A DNA stretch of 64,000 bases from an uncultured virus (IMG/VR IMGVR_UViG_3300048020_000241) (lineage: Duplodnaviria; Heunggongvirae; Uroviricota; Caudoviricetes). This document shows, one piece after another, positions 1 to 9,432 of the stretch; within the stretch, counting starts at the first letter, position 1; each line of letters begins with the position of its first letter. The DNA is taken from IMG/VR virus record IMGVR_UViG_3300048020_000241. The stretch is one strand, 5' to 3'. The translations under genes were made by a program, and so were the position numbers. The notes under the pieces were generated by a model. That model was not told where the DNA came from, searched no databases, and saw only the letters and a program-made list of their open reading frames with translations.

Positions 1-1059
1 GGTAATTTATTTACACCCAAAAGTGGTTTTTATTGTCACGCAGGTATCGGTATAGTCAATGATCCAACTTTAAGAAACGATAAAAATGTGGCAAGATTTT
101 ATGTTCCATATATAGATGAAAGTGATGCTTCACAACCTTTAGCATTTTTACGAGGAAACGTACCAATAGGTGAAGATGCACCTAATTACTACATTTGGGA
201 TGTCAGAAAATGTAATATTACACCAGTTGCCGGTAATATAAATGCAGATTTACTAAAATACGAAAATCAAGGACATCCAAGTTTAGGAAATTCTAGTTAT
301 TCTTATCGTGAAATAAAAACAACTTATTTTGAAGACAATGGTAAAAGTTATTTGTTTGTTTATATCGGAGATAGTAGTGGTGTTTATATGGACGATTCAC
401 CTACAATGTGTCCTAATTTTTATGTATTTAGAATAAAAAATCATGCAACTTCTATTAAAGAAGATATACACGAAACTGATTCAATTGAACTTGAACTTAT
501 TCAAACAGAAACTGAAACATACGGAACAATGGGAGTATTTTATCCAGGTGGGTATACCGGTGGATTTAAAAAGTTTGTATGGGTACAACTTGCAGGAACA
601 AAAAATCCAATTTACGAATGGGATACTACATCAGAAACTTTTAAAACAGAAAAAAACAAAGGTATATATGGTGATATTACGGAAATAGGTGAAGACTCTC
701 AAGGAAGAATTTGGACAATTAAATGGCCAGATTCACCAAGACGTATAAATCGTGAACTTCATCTTGAATCTTTAAATCTCCCAAGAAGAGTAGAAGTCGT
801 ACCTGACAAAAATAATTACGAATATTTAGGTGTAAATATAGATGGTGAACTTAAACTGAATGTTTATGATTATGAGAATAATCGTGTCGCAGTTACAGTA
901 GAAATATTTTTGATTGGTGATGGAGTTGAGTTCACATCAAATAGTAGTCAAACTATTACAATCGATTCTTTGCCCGATAACGATAAAATTATACCAATTA
1001 CTATAACAGGTGTTACTTCTATTGAAATAAGTGCCACAATAACATCAGGAATTTCATAA
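1..1059 (+). CDS. 5'-truncated putative virion structural protein (beta-rich, C-terminal Ig-like); paralog 1 of a tandem trio
   Basis: Frame is open from base 1. Shares motifs with the next two ORFs (VARFY/VARLY/IARWY, DVRKC/DIRLC, ELELIQ/DLKLVQ, GEDSQGRI/VDSTGRL/VDSEGRI, ELHLES/EIHIES). Confidence 0.6.
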   Translation, partial: GNLFTPKSGFYCHAGIGIVNDPTLRNDKNVARFYVPYIDESDASQPLAFLRGNVPIGEDAPNYYIWDVRKCNITPVAGNINADLLKYENQGHPSLGNSSYSYREIKTTYFEDNGKSYLFVYIGDSSGVYMDDSPTMCPNFYVFRIKNHATSIKEDIHETDSIELELIQTETETYGTMGVFYPGGYTGGFKKFVWVQLAGTKNPIYEWDTTSETFKTEKNKGIYGDITEIGEDSQGRIWTIKWPDSPRRINRELHLESLNLPRRVEVVPDKNNYEYLGVNIDGELKLNVYDYENNRVAVTVEIFLIGDGVEFTSNSSQTITIDSLPDNDKIIPITITGVTSIEISATITSGIS

Positions 1060-1063
1060 AAAA

Positions 1064-3025
1064 ATGAGGATATACAGTAATAATAATTTAAGTAACTGGT
1101 ATGATGGTTCTAAAGCTAGCGATATACGATTATTTGAAGATGATGATTATATTTTCATAAATGGAAAGGCACACGACAAAACTACATTAAGTCCTATATT
1201 CGGAAAATACCACAATGCACATAATCATCATAGTCCCTATATGCGTTTAGATAATTCTGCTATGATTCCAACTTACGGTGAAGATTTTCAAATAGGTACG
1301 GATAATGGAAATACAAGTTATTATGGACCTTTTACTATGAATTCTCATTTAACGAATAATGGTCAATCTAATTTATGTGGAATAAATGCGAAATATACTT
1401 GGCAGTCATTATACGAACCAAATATAATTTATTTTCATGAAGCAAATGGACATCATGGACGAGTAATTGGGGTAGATAAAACAAAAAATTATAAACGTGT
1501 AAGATTTTTATATACTAGAGGACCCTCAGTTGATTGGTATTCAGTCAAGGGTATGTTTTTTCACGAAGACGAAGATTACTTATACTCTTTTATGGCAAGT
1601 AGGTTAGTAAATAATTCAGATGATTACAGGCATCATTTTGCAAGAACAAGAAAAAAAGGTACATCTCAAATGTATCGTGGTGGATACCGAAATGAGTATA
1701 CACACGATTTCACGATGTTTTACAAAGATGAAAATACATTCATGTACTCAATGGCACAATGGAATTTTAGTAGTTATCGTCCAGGATTTGGTATACGTAA
1801 AATAAATTTTGACGATGATTGGACAGGATGGGCAACGACATGGAACAGCTATCGTGACGCAGGTGACAAGGCAAATCAGGATTTGTTAAGACAATATGTT
1901 CCCACCGAGGGTGAAGATTATACAACAGGCACTGGTCAAATATATGTAAATATGCCATTATCAGATGGAAATACTTTAAAATTATTTGGAAACCATTATT
2001 ATTATACCTGTAGCCCTGCAATTGTACACGATCACGATGAAACACAAGGACTTCGTGTAAAATATAATGTAGCAAGATTATATTATGCAATGATTAATGA
2101 TGATGGTCATTTGCAGATATTACGAGCAAATGTACCAATTAAAGATCACGAAGGTTTTGTAAACACAACAGCACCAATTTTTGATATACGATTATGTAAT
2201 ATTTCAACAGAGGGTCTTCACACAGAAAATATTGCATTTGATGATTTACGATATAATGGTGATATGTATCATGGTTCAGAGGGATACGGTCATAACTTTT
2301 TTTGTATGTCTTACTTCTACGATGAATTCGTTGGAGAAAAAAGACATTTTCTCATGTTCACTACCGAGCAACGTGATGGAGTCGGACACTATGCTCCACC
2401 ACACCCAGGTGGTACCCGTGCATGGATTTTTGAAATAGATAAATTTGATGAAGCACTCGATGATTATTTACACGAAATAAAAAGTTTAGATTTAAAATTA
2501 GTTCAGGTACTTGATGTTACCACAGTGAGTTGCTATCAAGTATTTCGTCCTGATTATGATCCAAAAAAATGGATTGCCTTTAGAAACGGAAAAAATAAAC
2601 ACGACATTTATACATGGAATCCTGCAACAAAGCAATTTATTACAAATTCATCAATATACGGCCGATTAACAGGAATGCAAGTAGATAGTACAGGTAGACT
2701 TTATACCATTCATAATCCATCGGATCGTCGTTTTGAAATTCACATTGAATCAATTGATTATCCTGCGAGAGTTATAATTGAACCAACCGAGGATAGATTA
2801 GATTATCTATCTTCACCGATTACTACTATTATTAAAATATCTGCATTTAATTATGAAGGTACTCAGATTAATTTGAATAACGTAAAACTTAAAATAAACG
2901 GAGTGAATACTAAGTTTGATAATAATAGTAAAGAAAAAATTGTGAATTTACAAAAAGATGCAATACTCGAAGAAACACTTACAATTAGTGGTCCTACTGA
3001 ACTCGATATAACTGCAACAATTTAA
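1064..3025 (+). CDS. putative virion structural protein, paralog 2
   Basis: 653 aa, aromatic and beta-rich. N-terminus aligns with 3029..5353 (IRLFEDDDYIFING/IKLYETPKFIYIND, TLSPIFGK/TLSPVFGK, FHEDEDYLY in both). Confidence 0.6.
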   Translation: MRIYSNNNLSNWYDGSKASDIRLFEDDDYIFINGKAHDKTTLSPIFGKYHNAHNHHSPYMRLDNSAMIPTYGEDFQIGTDNGNTSYYGPFTMNSHLTNNGQSNLCGINAKYTWQSLYEPNIIYFHEANGHHGRVIGVDKTKNYKRVRFLYTRGPSVDWYSVKGMFFHEDEDYLYSFMASRLVNNSDDYRHHFARTRKKGTSQMYRGGYRNEYTHDFTMFYKDENTFMYSMAQWNFSSYRPGFGIRKINFDDDWTGWATTWNSYRDAGDKANQDLLRQYVPTEGEDYTTGTGQIYVNMPLSDGNTLKLFGNHYYYTCSPAIVHDHDETQGLRVKYNVARLYYAMINDDGHLQILRANVPIKDHEGFVNTTAPIFDIRLCNISTEGLHTENIAFDDLRYNGDMYHGSEGYGHNFFCMSYFYDEFVGEKRHFLMFTTEQRDGVGHYAPPHPGGTRAWIFEIDKFDEALDDYLHEIKSLDLKLVQVLDVTTVSCYQVFRPDYDPKKWIAFRNGKNKHDIYTWNPATKQFITNSSIYGRLTGMQVDSTGRLYTIHNPSDRRFEIHIESIDYPARVIIEPTEDRLDYLSSPITTIIKISAFNYEGTQINLNNVKLKINGVNTKFDNNSKEKIVNLQKDAILEETLTISGPTELDITATI

Positions 3026-3028
3026 ATT

Positions 3029-5353
3029 ATGAAAATTTTACACATACAAGGATATTATTGGGATGGATACTGGTACTCAGATAGAAATTATAATATAAAA
3101 TTATATGAAACTCCTAAATTCATTTATATCAATGATCAACCACATACGAAAGATACATTGAGTCCAGTTTTTGGAAAAGATTTTGCCCTTTATAATGAAT
3201 ACGAGCAAGTATTTTTTGAGAATTCAGTAGGAAATGCAAATAGCACTCCACGTGAAGGTTCAAGTAATAGAAATGTTTATCCTTGGAATAATGGACCAGT
3301 TCGTTACCATAGTGCATTGTTTAATAATGGTCAGTATGCTTTATTAAACGAAAAAACATATAAAAAATTTTGGCAATCTTCGTTTGAACCAAATTATTAT
3401 TATGTATGGAGTATGAGTGGTTCAGCCACTATGTGGTTATATAAAATTGACAAAAATACAAACGAAATTGTAAAAAGAAAATCTTGGGGTGGAGATTTTT
3501 ATGACGGAAATTGGCCTATATTCCACGAAGATGAAGATTATTTGTATGGATATGCAGATACAAATAATTCATCCGTTTCAGGTGCTGGATATAGATTTTA
3601 TATGTTAGATAAAAAAACTTGGTCACTCGATTGGGGAGGATATTCTCATGCAAATCGAAGTATTCAAATGATTCACATGAATGATAAGAATTTGACTTAT
3701 ATCAACGAGTGGAGAAATAGTGTTAATGGTCATAGTTTTACTGTACATAAAAATGCTTGGAAAGATGCACGTTATCATGGAAGTTCCGATTCATGGAAGG
3801 AGGGAAATCCGGATACTTGGAGATACACTCGTTTAAAAATGTTTCAAAAAAATGAAGAATCTGGAGAATACGAACCTGCTCCGTATCATCTTGGTCACGG
3901 TGAGGGATATAATCGTTTCTCAGACAATGAAACATATGATGCTTTAAATAGCACATATGTAAGATATGGTAGTGCAATAGTTCATGATTACAAAAATGAA
4001 GCAAAAGATTCATTGCGAAGAAAATACGAAATAGCAAGATGGTATATGCCATTTATAGATGCAGAATATAATTTTCAGATAATCAGGTTTAATGTCAGTA
4101 TTTCTGATGATGATGTCATTCCTGCATATGATGTTAGAAAATGCAGAATATCTAATTCAAAAGATTTAGAATTACCACGATGGACAGCAGAAAGTTGGGG
4201 AGAAGGAGGAACACTGTCATCAAATGCAAGTCACCCAAGGCATTCAGCAATGCTTGCTTATTTTTCAAGTGAAGATGAAAATCATCATTATATGATATTA
4301 TCTGGAGAATCACAAACAAATCAGGCATTAAAAACAGAAAGTGAAGATGACGATTTTGCACGAAAAATGTATGTTTTTAAAATAAAAAACCATTTAGATT
4401 CTATCGTTGATGATATACATGAAAATACATCAAGAGAACTTGAATTGATACAAGTCATAAAAGAAAGTGGATGTCCAATGGGACTTCTTCGTCCTAACCA
4501 TGATCCAAAAACATTTATTCATGTGAAAAGCAGAGGAACTAATCAAACAGTTTACAATTGGAATCAAACAAAAGAAGAATTTGAAAAAATAGATACAATT
4601 CACAACGGAGAAACATTAGAAGCAGGAGTTGATTCAGAAGGAAGAATTTATTTTGTTGATTATCCAAGCACATACAACTTTGAAATTCATATGTATACAT
4701 TAAATTTGCCAAGTACGATTTTTATAAGAACAGAAAAAGAAAGTTATGAATTCACTGGTGCTCCGATAACTTCATTTGTAAATGTTTCCGCATATAATTA
4801 TATGGGTGAACGAATTGAAATGGAAGTAGATTTGCAGATTGTGGGAGGTGGTGTAGAATTTGACGGATCATTATCAAAAACTACAATCACCACACTAACG
4901 GGTGATCACAAACCCGTGCCAATAACTATTACATCAGGTGCAGTTGTTCAAATAAATGCAAGTGTTGGTTTTTCTGATTCAGGAGATAATTTGACAACAT
5001 TTTCTTTGGATAATAAAACAACCAATGAAACCGAAACTACTATTATCAATGATGCAAAATTTAGCATCACCGAGCAACCAACTGAAACAACAAAAGAAAA
5101 TGCAAGTTTTGTAAATCCTCCGTATAAGATTATGCACAACGGATTTGACTTTTTTCTTATTTCTCAGAATACAGATTATATAAAATACCAATGTATAGAT
5201 GATCAAAATAAAATTCATACCATCTTTTTCGAAAATAATTACGAAGGTTCACTCACCTCGGTAAGTGATGATGATAACGATGTATTTTTTGTTGGAGTAA
5301 GTAATTTGCGTGAATTTGTAGAATCAGGTAATTGTGAATATAATCAAATGTAA
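3029..5353 (+). CDS. putative virion structural protein, paralog 3 with C-terminal extension
   Basis: 774 aa; same motif series as the two upstream ORFs plus about 125 extra C-terminal residues. Confidence 0.6.
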   Translation: MKILHIQGYYWDGYWYSDRNYNIKLYETPKFIYINDQPHTKDTLSPVFGKDFALYNEYEQVFFENSVGNANSTPREGSSNRNVYPWNNGPVRYHSALFNNGQYALLNEKTYKKFWQSSFEPNYYYVWSMSGSATMWLYKIDKNTNEIVKRKSWGGDFYDGNWPIFHEDEDYLYGYADTNNSSVSGAGYRFYMLDKKTWSLDWGGYSHANRSIQMIHMNDKNLTYINEWRNSVNGHSFTVHKNAWKDARYHGSSDSWKEGNPDTWRYTRLKMFQKNEESGEYEPAPYHLGHGEGYNRFSDNETYDALNSTYVRYGSAIVHDYKNEAKDSLRRKYEIARWYMPFIDAEYNFQIIRFNVSISDDDVIPAYDVRKCRISNSKDLELPRWTAESWGEGGTLSSNASHPRHSAMLAYFSSEDENHHYMILSGESQTNQALKTESEDDDFARKMYVFKIKNHLDSIVDDIHENTSRELELIQVIKESGCPMGLLRPNHDPKTFIHVKSRGTNQTVYNWNQTKEEFEKIDTIHNGETLEAGVDSEGRIYFVDYPSTYNFEIHMYTLNLPSTIFIRTEKESYEFTGAPITSFVNVSAYNYMGERIEMEVDLQIVGGGVEFDGSLSKTTITTLTGDHKPVPITITSGAVVQINASVGFSDSGDNLTTFSLDNKTTNETETTIINDAKFSITEQPTETTKENASFVNPPYKIMHNGFDFFLISQNTDYIKYQCIDDQNKIHTIFFENNYEGSLTSVSDDDNDVFFVGVSNLREFVESGNCEYNQM

Positions 5354-5402
5354 ATTATTTGATTGATAATGTATTGTTAATGTGTTAAATTAACGATCAT
5401 AC

Positions 5403-6035
5403 ATGAAGTCTAAATCAAAAATATTACAGGAAATTATCAATGATGTTCGTGGGAAGCATCGGTATTTGTGTGTAGAAACTCGTTTGAAATTAAAAGAACT
5501 TCAAAAACCATTTCTTGGTTTAAGAATGGCATTCAAAAATCCAAAGGTTAAAAACAGAACATATAAAGTCAAAGGACTAGAATTAAAGCATTTGAGTGTA
5601 TTGCCGGTTAATTCAAGAAAACGAAAATCGACTGAATTTATTTCGGTATGCAGTAATGCTTCTTTTTTTGGATATGCATTAAACGAAGTTAAACTTGATT
5701 TTGTTAAAATGCAAAATGATGGCTATGATCAGGAATTATTAAAAATCGAAAGATCAATTCACGAAGAATTTTCAAATAAAACAAGAATAATGATGATGTC
5801 GGTAGAAGTTGACATGGTTGCAAATAACATTTTAGAAGCAGATGCCGATTTTTATTTAGCATCAAAAGGATATAAAATCAGTAATTTGTATAATTCATCA
5901 CGGCATAGTGGAAAAATAATAGGAGTAGAATATAATCCATTTATGGCTGAAATCAATACAAAGGTACAATGCGAACGAACAAATGCAACGCATATTATTG
6001 ACAACGAAGAGCATATTGTTAATATTTGGGATTGA
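5403..6035 (+). CDS. hypothetical protein
   Basis: 210-aa ORF with genome-typical codon usage. Confidence 0.6.
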   Translation: MKSKSKILQEIINDVRGKHRYLCVETRLKLKELQKPFLGLRMAFKNPKVKNRTYKVKGLELKHLSVLPVNSRKRKSTEFISVCSNASFFGYALNEVKLDFVKMQNDGYDQELLKIERSIHEEFSNKTRIMMMSVEVDMVANNILEADADFYLASKGYKISNLYNSSRHSGKIIGVEYNPFMAEINTKVQCERTNATHIIDNEEHIVNIWD

Positions 6036-6037
6036 GT

Positions 6038-6625
6038 ATGAAAGCAATATTTGGAATGCACAAGGGTGAGTTTGGTGATGTTCAATTTTCAGAACTTGTT
6101 GAAAATCAACTTTATCGTGTGAGCATTACTTGTGGAGATGAAAGATGGGTCAATCCTAAATTAAGTCGGTGGAAAGGTCACTTGATATTATGGGTTCGTC
6201 AAAAAAACGATGAAGGATATTTTCCACGAAAAGGATGGGGATTCAATTTGTTGTTTCAACCTGAGAATGATGCTGAGAAGAAAATGTTATATGAATATCA
6301 ATGGACTTATTCACCTGCACCGAATGTTATTTCTTATTTGATAACACCATTGTGGCCAAACAAAGTCGACCCCGATGCTACTTGGGAAAAAGTTCGTGAT
6401 AACAAGTTATACACAAAAATGATTTCAGATTATCAAGATGATTTAAAAAGCAAAATGCAAGAAAAAGCAAAAGAAAATGAAGCACAACGCAAAACTCTTG
6501 AGCAGTTTGTGCCTGAAAAGGTAGATGAGATTGTGCCAGAAGAAAACTATGAAGATTTGTTTGATGGAGAAGATTTACCATCACACGAAGAACTTCAAGC
6601 AGAATTTAATGTTGACGATGATTAA
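6038..6625 (+). CDS. hypothetical protein with acidic C-terminus
   Basis: ATG at 6038 just after the upstream stop. Confidence 0.65.
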   Translation: MKAIFGMHKGEFGDVQFSELVENQLYRVSITCGDERWVNPKLSRWKGHLILWVRQKNDEGYFPRKGWGFNLLFQPENDAEKKMLYEYQWTYSPAPNVISYLITPLWPNKVDPDATWEKVRDNKLYTKMISDYQDDLKSKMQEKAKENEAQRKTLEQFVPEKVDEIVPEENYEDLFDGEDLPSHEELQAEFNVDDD

Positions 6626-6944
6626 AATAATTGAAATAATAAAAAACATGAAAATTAATTTGAATGATAAACTGGTGGAAGAACTTGATTCTATTTTTGA
6701 TAATAAACGCACTTCACAAGAAGAGTGGGATGTCTGCATTGAAGATATTGTAGAAGAATATATTGCAAGACACAACGGAACTTGGGAAGAATTACCTTAC
6801 GAGGAAGAAGAAGAAAATGATGATGTTCATTTTGATTTGCGTAATATTGGAATGAGTAATGGAAAAAATGGCCAACTCAATGGAACATTAACGCAACCAC
6901 CATTTAAGAAAAAGAATTTACGAAACCGGTTAAACGATAAGTAA
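6618..6944 (+). CDS. hypothetical protein, possible ribbon-helix-helix N-terminus
   Basis: ATG 6618 overlaps the upstream stop (alternative start 6648); MKINLNDKLVEEL...IEDIVEEYI pattern; followed by a terminator. Confidence 0.5.
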   Translation: MIKIIEIIKNMKINLNDKLVEELDSIFDNKRTSQEEWDVCIEDIVEEYIARHNGTWEELPYEEEEENDDVHFDLRNIGMSNGKNGQLNGTLTQPPFKKKNLRNRLNDK

Positions 6945-6976
6945 ATGGTGGAGTTGTGTCATTCGTGGCATCCCTT

Positions 6977-7010
6977 AAAGTGGTCATCTCTCGGTGACCA
7001 CTTTTTTTTT
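6977..7010 (+). terminator. intrinsic terminator
   Basis: Stem AAAGTGGTCATC/GGTGACCACTTT, 4-nt loop TCTC, then a T run. Confidence 0.85.
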
Positions 7011-7074
7011 GTAAAATTTTAAGTGTTAATAACTTTTTGTTGCAATAATCATTAATATCATTCATAGTATTTAA

Positions 7075-7198
7075 ATCATGTATATCAATCATTCATTCAA
7101 AAGAAGTCGAGTGGTGAAAACCTAGTCGGAGCAATTCGGCATCGTCCGCAAAACGAAGATATCGTGCGACCCCCTCTTTCCCCAGAGGGGGTCTTTTT
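7075..7198 (+). ncRNA. putative small structured RNA (contains a 15-aa ORF at 7078..7125)
   Basis: Own promoter candidate (TTGCAA 7040, N17, CATAGT 7063) and GC-rich GNRA hairpins GGT-GAAA-ACC and GTCGGA-GCAA-TTCGGC; ends in a terminator. A related motif occurs at 33701-33785. Confidence 0.4.
7168..7198 (+). terminator. intrinsic terminator
   Basis: 10-bp stem GACCCCCTCT/AGAGGGGGTC, 6-nt loop, then TTTTT. Confidence 0.85.
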
Positions 7199-7201
7199 AT
7201 A

Positions 7202-7256
7202 AAAATAATGCTTGACTTTTTATAATAATTTTGGTAGTATACTTGTATTGAGAGTG
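7202..7256 (+). promoter_or_regulatory. conserved sigma70-type promoter/leader element (copy 1)
   Basis: TTGACT 7212, N17, TAGTAT 7235, then TATTGAGAGTG leader; 55 bp identical to 52832-52886. Confidence 0.85.
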
Positions 7257-7286
7257 GGAAAAAAGAAACTTAAAAAAGAAAAAAAT

Positions 7287-7442
7287 ATGAATGAGAGTGA
7301 AATAGTAGAATACGTCCAAATTAACGCAAGGTATCATAGTCAGATTGATATGCCTTATGCAGTATATTTCAACGGTCGTCCTCTTTTTGGAGATGACCCG
7401 AGAGATTTGGTGGAACAAATTTTGGACATTGTAAACGGATAA
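7287..7442 (+). CDS. small hypothetical protein
   Basis: ATG 7287 downstream of the promoter element; the track's TTG start is the -35 box. Confidence 0.55.
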   Translation: MNESEIVEYVQINARYHSQIDMPYAVYFNGRPLFGDDPRDLVEQILDIVNG

Positions 7443-7446
7443 TAAA

Positions 7447-7704
7447 ATGAATATCAAAGAAAACATATACGCAAACGAAAATTTAACCAAGTCACAAGAA
7501 GATGTTATTAACGTAATCAATTCACAGGGTTTGGAAACTTTCTTTCACACTTCAACTTACGGATCAGAAGTTACTCCTAATACCGAAGGTGGTTATGGTG
7601 GGTATGCTCATCAAATGGCAATTCGTGGTCTTGAAAAACGAGGAATAATTACTGTACAACATATGTGGAGAGGTGCAACTTGTAGATTGGTTTTAAACGG
7701 ATAA
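7447..7704 (+). CDS. hypothetical protein (possible winged helix)
   Basis: 85-aa ORF; AIRGLEKRGII motif. Confidence 0.55.
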   Translation: MNIKENIYANENLTKSQEDVINVINSQGLETFFHTSTYGSEVTPNTEGGYGGYAHQMAIRGLEKRGIITVQHMWRGATCRLVLNG

Positions 7705-7774
7705 AATCTCGGAAAACCATGACCATAATAATGTAGTTGTTGACACATACGGAGAAATTTGTTACTAACATAAT

Positions 7775-8095
7775 ATGAGCAATTACGTATTTAACGGAAA
7801 AGATAACTTGGATGATGATACAACACATCCATTCGCAGGAATAACAGGAACCTTAATTGATCAAGGTGCAATGACAGAAGCAGGATACGATGGTTTAATT
7901 GCTTTGAATACCACATTCAAAGATTTAGCAAATACCATGACCGAACAAAGCAACGGACAATATACTTTTACAGAACAAGAAGTAGAAGAATTGTATTCTC
8001 CACACAACTTTGATTTTGATTCTACTCAAACTGCAATTGTTGCAGAACGACCTGTTACAGAAGTAAATATCAAGGTTGAATTGTTTCCTTTGTAA
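7775..8095 (+). CDS. acidic hypothetical protein
   Basis: 106 aa; TTGACA at 7740 upstream. Confidence 0.6.
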   Translation: MSNYVFNGKDNLDDDTTHPFAGITGTLIDQGAMTEAGYDGLIALNTTFKDLANTMTEQSNGQYTFTEQEVEELYSPHNFDFDSTQTAIVAERPVTEVNIKVELFPL

Positions 8096-8139
8096 TTAGA
8101 TTTGACACACCGAGTTTCGTTGCTTATTATTATTTGAAT

Positions 8140-8757
8140 ATGGAAATTCAAAACAATGTATACTTACCACTTCCTCATGTTTACGAACGTGAAGGCAGAC
8201 AAGAACGTGCTTGGGACATTTATAGTCGGTTGCTTCGTGATAGAATCATTTTTATCGGAACGCAAATTGATTCGTATGTAACCAATTCTATTATTGCACA
8301 ACTTTTGTTTTTGCAAATGGAAGACCCCAAAAAAGATGTTCATGTGTACATCAATTCACCTGGAGGAAGTGTTTCGGATGGAATGGCAATTTATGACACT
8401 TTGAAGTTTATGGAGTGTGATGTTACAACTTATTGCATTGGAATGGCGGCAAGTATGGGAGCAGTATTGCTTGCAAGTGGAACACAAGGTAAACGATTCG
8501 CACTTCCAAATAGTCGTGTTATGATTCACCAACCAAGTGGAGGAGCACAAGGTCAAGCAAGTGACATTAGCATTTCAGCAAAAGAAATTCTTCGTTGGAG
8601 ACAAATTCTTAATCAAGTTCTTGCTGATCGTAGTGGACAACCCATTGAAAAAATTGAAAAAGATACAGACCGTGATTATTATATGACTGCATACGAAGCA
8701 AAAGAATATGGTCTTATTGACAAAGTAGTTGATCATAAATCTGACTCGGCCAAGTGA
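8140..8757 (+). CDS. clpP: ATP-dependent Clp protease proteolytic subunit
   Basis: [20 protein letters not shown], catalytic Ser (AASMGA), His (MIHQP) and Asp (DRD). Promoter TTGACA 8102-N17-TATTAT 8125. Confidence 0.97.
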   Translation: MEIQNNVYLPLPHVYEREGRQERAWDIYSRLLRDRIIFIGTQIDSYVTNSIIAQLLFLQMEDPKKDVHVYINSPGGSVSDGMAIYDTLKFMECDVTTYCIGMAASMGAVLLASGTQGKRFALPNSRVMIHQPSGGAQGQASDISISAKEILRWRQILNQVLADRSGQPIEKIEKDTDRDYYMTAYEAKEYGLIDKVVDHKSDSAK

Positions 8758-8933
8758 ATTTTATTTTAAAAGTATTATTAAGTGTTTCTCTTGGATTTTT
8801 ATGTTGCTTCAGCATATACGGATTTTTATCCACATTTGAACCAATCAATCCAAGTGAACAAATTGCGTGGAGAGCAGTTTATGTTTTGTCCACGACTTTA
8901 TCAATCGTAGGAATCACAAAATTAAACAAATAA
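8754..8933 (+). CDS. small two-helix membrane protein (59 aa, below the ORF-track cutoff)
   Basis: GTG overlaps the clpP stop (GTGA) and TAA overlaps the next ATG (TAATG); two hydrophobic segments. Confidence 0.6.
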   Translation: MNFILKVLLSVSLGFLCCFSIYGFLSTFEPINPSEQIAWRAVYVLSTTLSIVGITKLNK

Positions 8934-9115
8934 TGGCAAACTCAAAATTAAGCATACACGACCAAATTCAAGTATTACAAGAAACCATTGAATGGTATCA
9001 AGCACAAATCCTTCCACAAGATTGTGGTTGGATGCACACAACCATCAGTGGATTAAAGAACCGAATAAAAGACTTAAAGAGACAACTTCCACCAAATCCA
9101 CATATTCATCTTTAG
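8933..9115 (+). CDS. small coiled-coil hypothetical protein
   Basis: ATG coupled to the upstream stop. Confidence 0.55.
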   Translation: MANSKLSIHDQIQVLQETIEWYQAQILPQDCGWMHTTISGLKNRIKDLKRQLPPNPHIHL

Positions 9116-9117
9116 AC

Positions 9118-9146
9118 TTGACTTTTTATAGTTTCTATGTCATACT
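9118..9146 (+). promoter_or_regulatory. conserved promoter element (leaderless variant)
   Basis: TTGACTTTTTATA 9118, CATACT 9141, ATG at 9153. Confidence 0.7.
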
Positions 9147-9152
9147 ATAGGT

Positions 9153-9368
9153 ATGATTGAGAGAACAAGAAGATGGATTAAATATCATATTCGTTGGCAA
9201 AGTGGATTTCTTATTTCATTTCCAACGATGTGGATTTTTAGTGAAATGTGGAATTGGCCTCTTTGGGCAAGTATTATAGGATTTCAGTTTATTGGTGCAT
9301 TAGTGTACTATCCTATTGACAACAAAATATTTTCAACAAAAGACAAGATTTCCAAATTTGGTGCTTGA
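9153..9368 (+). CDS. small membrane protein
   Basis: 71 aa with two hydrophobic segments; its stop TGA lies inside the next -35 box. Confidence 0.65.
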   Translation: MIERTRRWIKYHIRWQSGFLISFPTMWIFSEMWNWPLWASIIGFQFIGALVYYPIDNKIFSTKDKISKFGA

Positions 9369-9415
9369 CTTTTTATAATAATTTTGGTAATATAATTGTA
9401 TTGAGAATGAGAAAA
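9365..9415 (+). promoter_or_regulatory. conserved promoter/leader element
   Basis: TTGACT 9365, TAATAT 9388, TATTGAGAATGAGAAAAGGAG. Confidence 0.85.
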
Positions 9416-9432
9416 GGAGAAAATAAAAAAAT

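Noticed and set aside
7105..7170. tRNA or hammerhead ribozyme
   Set aside because: No T-loop or CCA cloverleaf signature and no CUGAUGA core.
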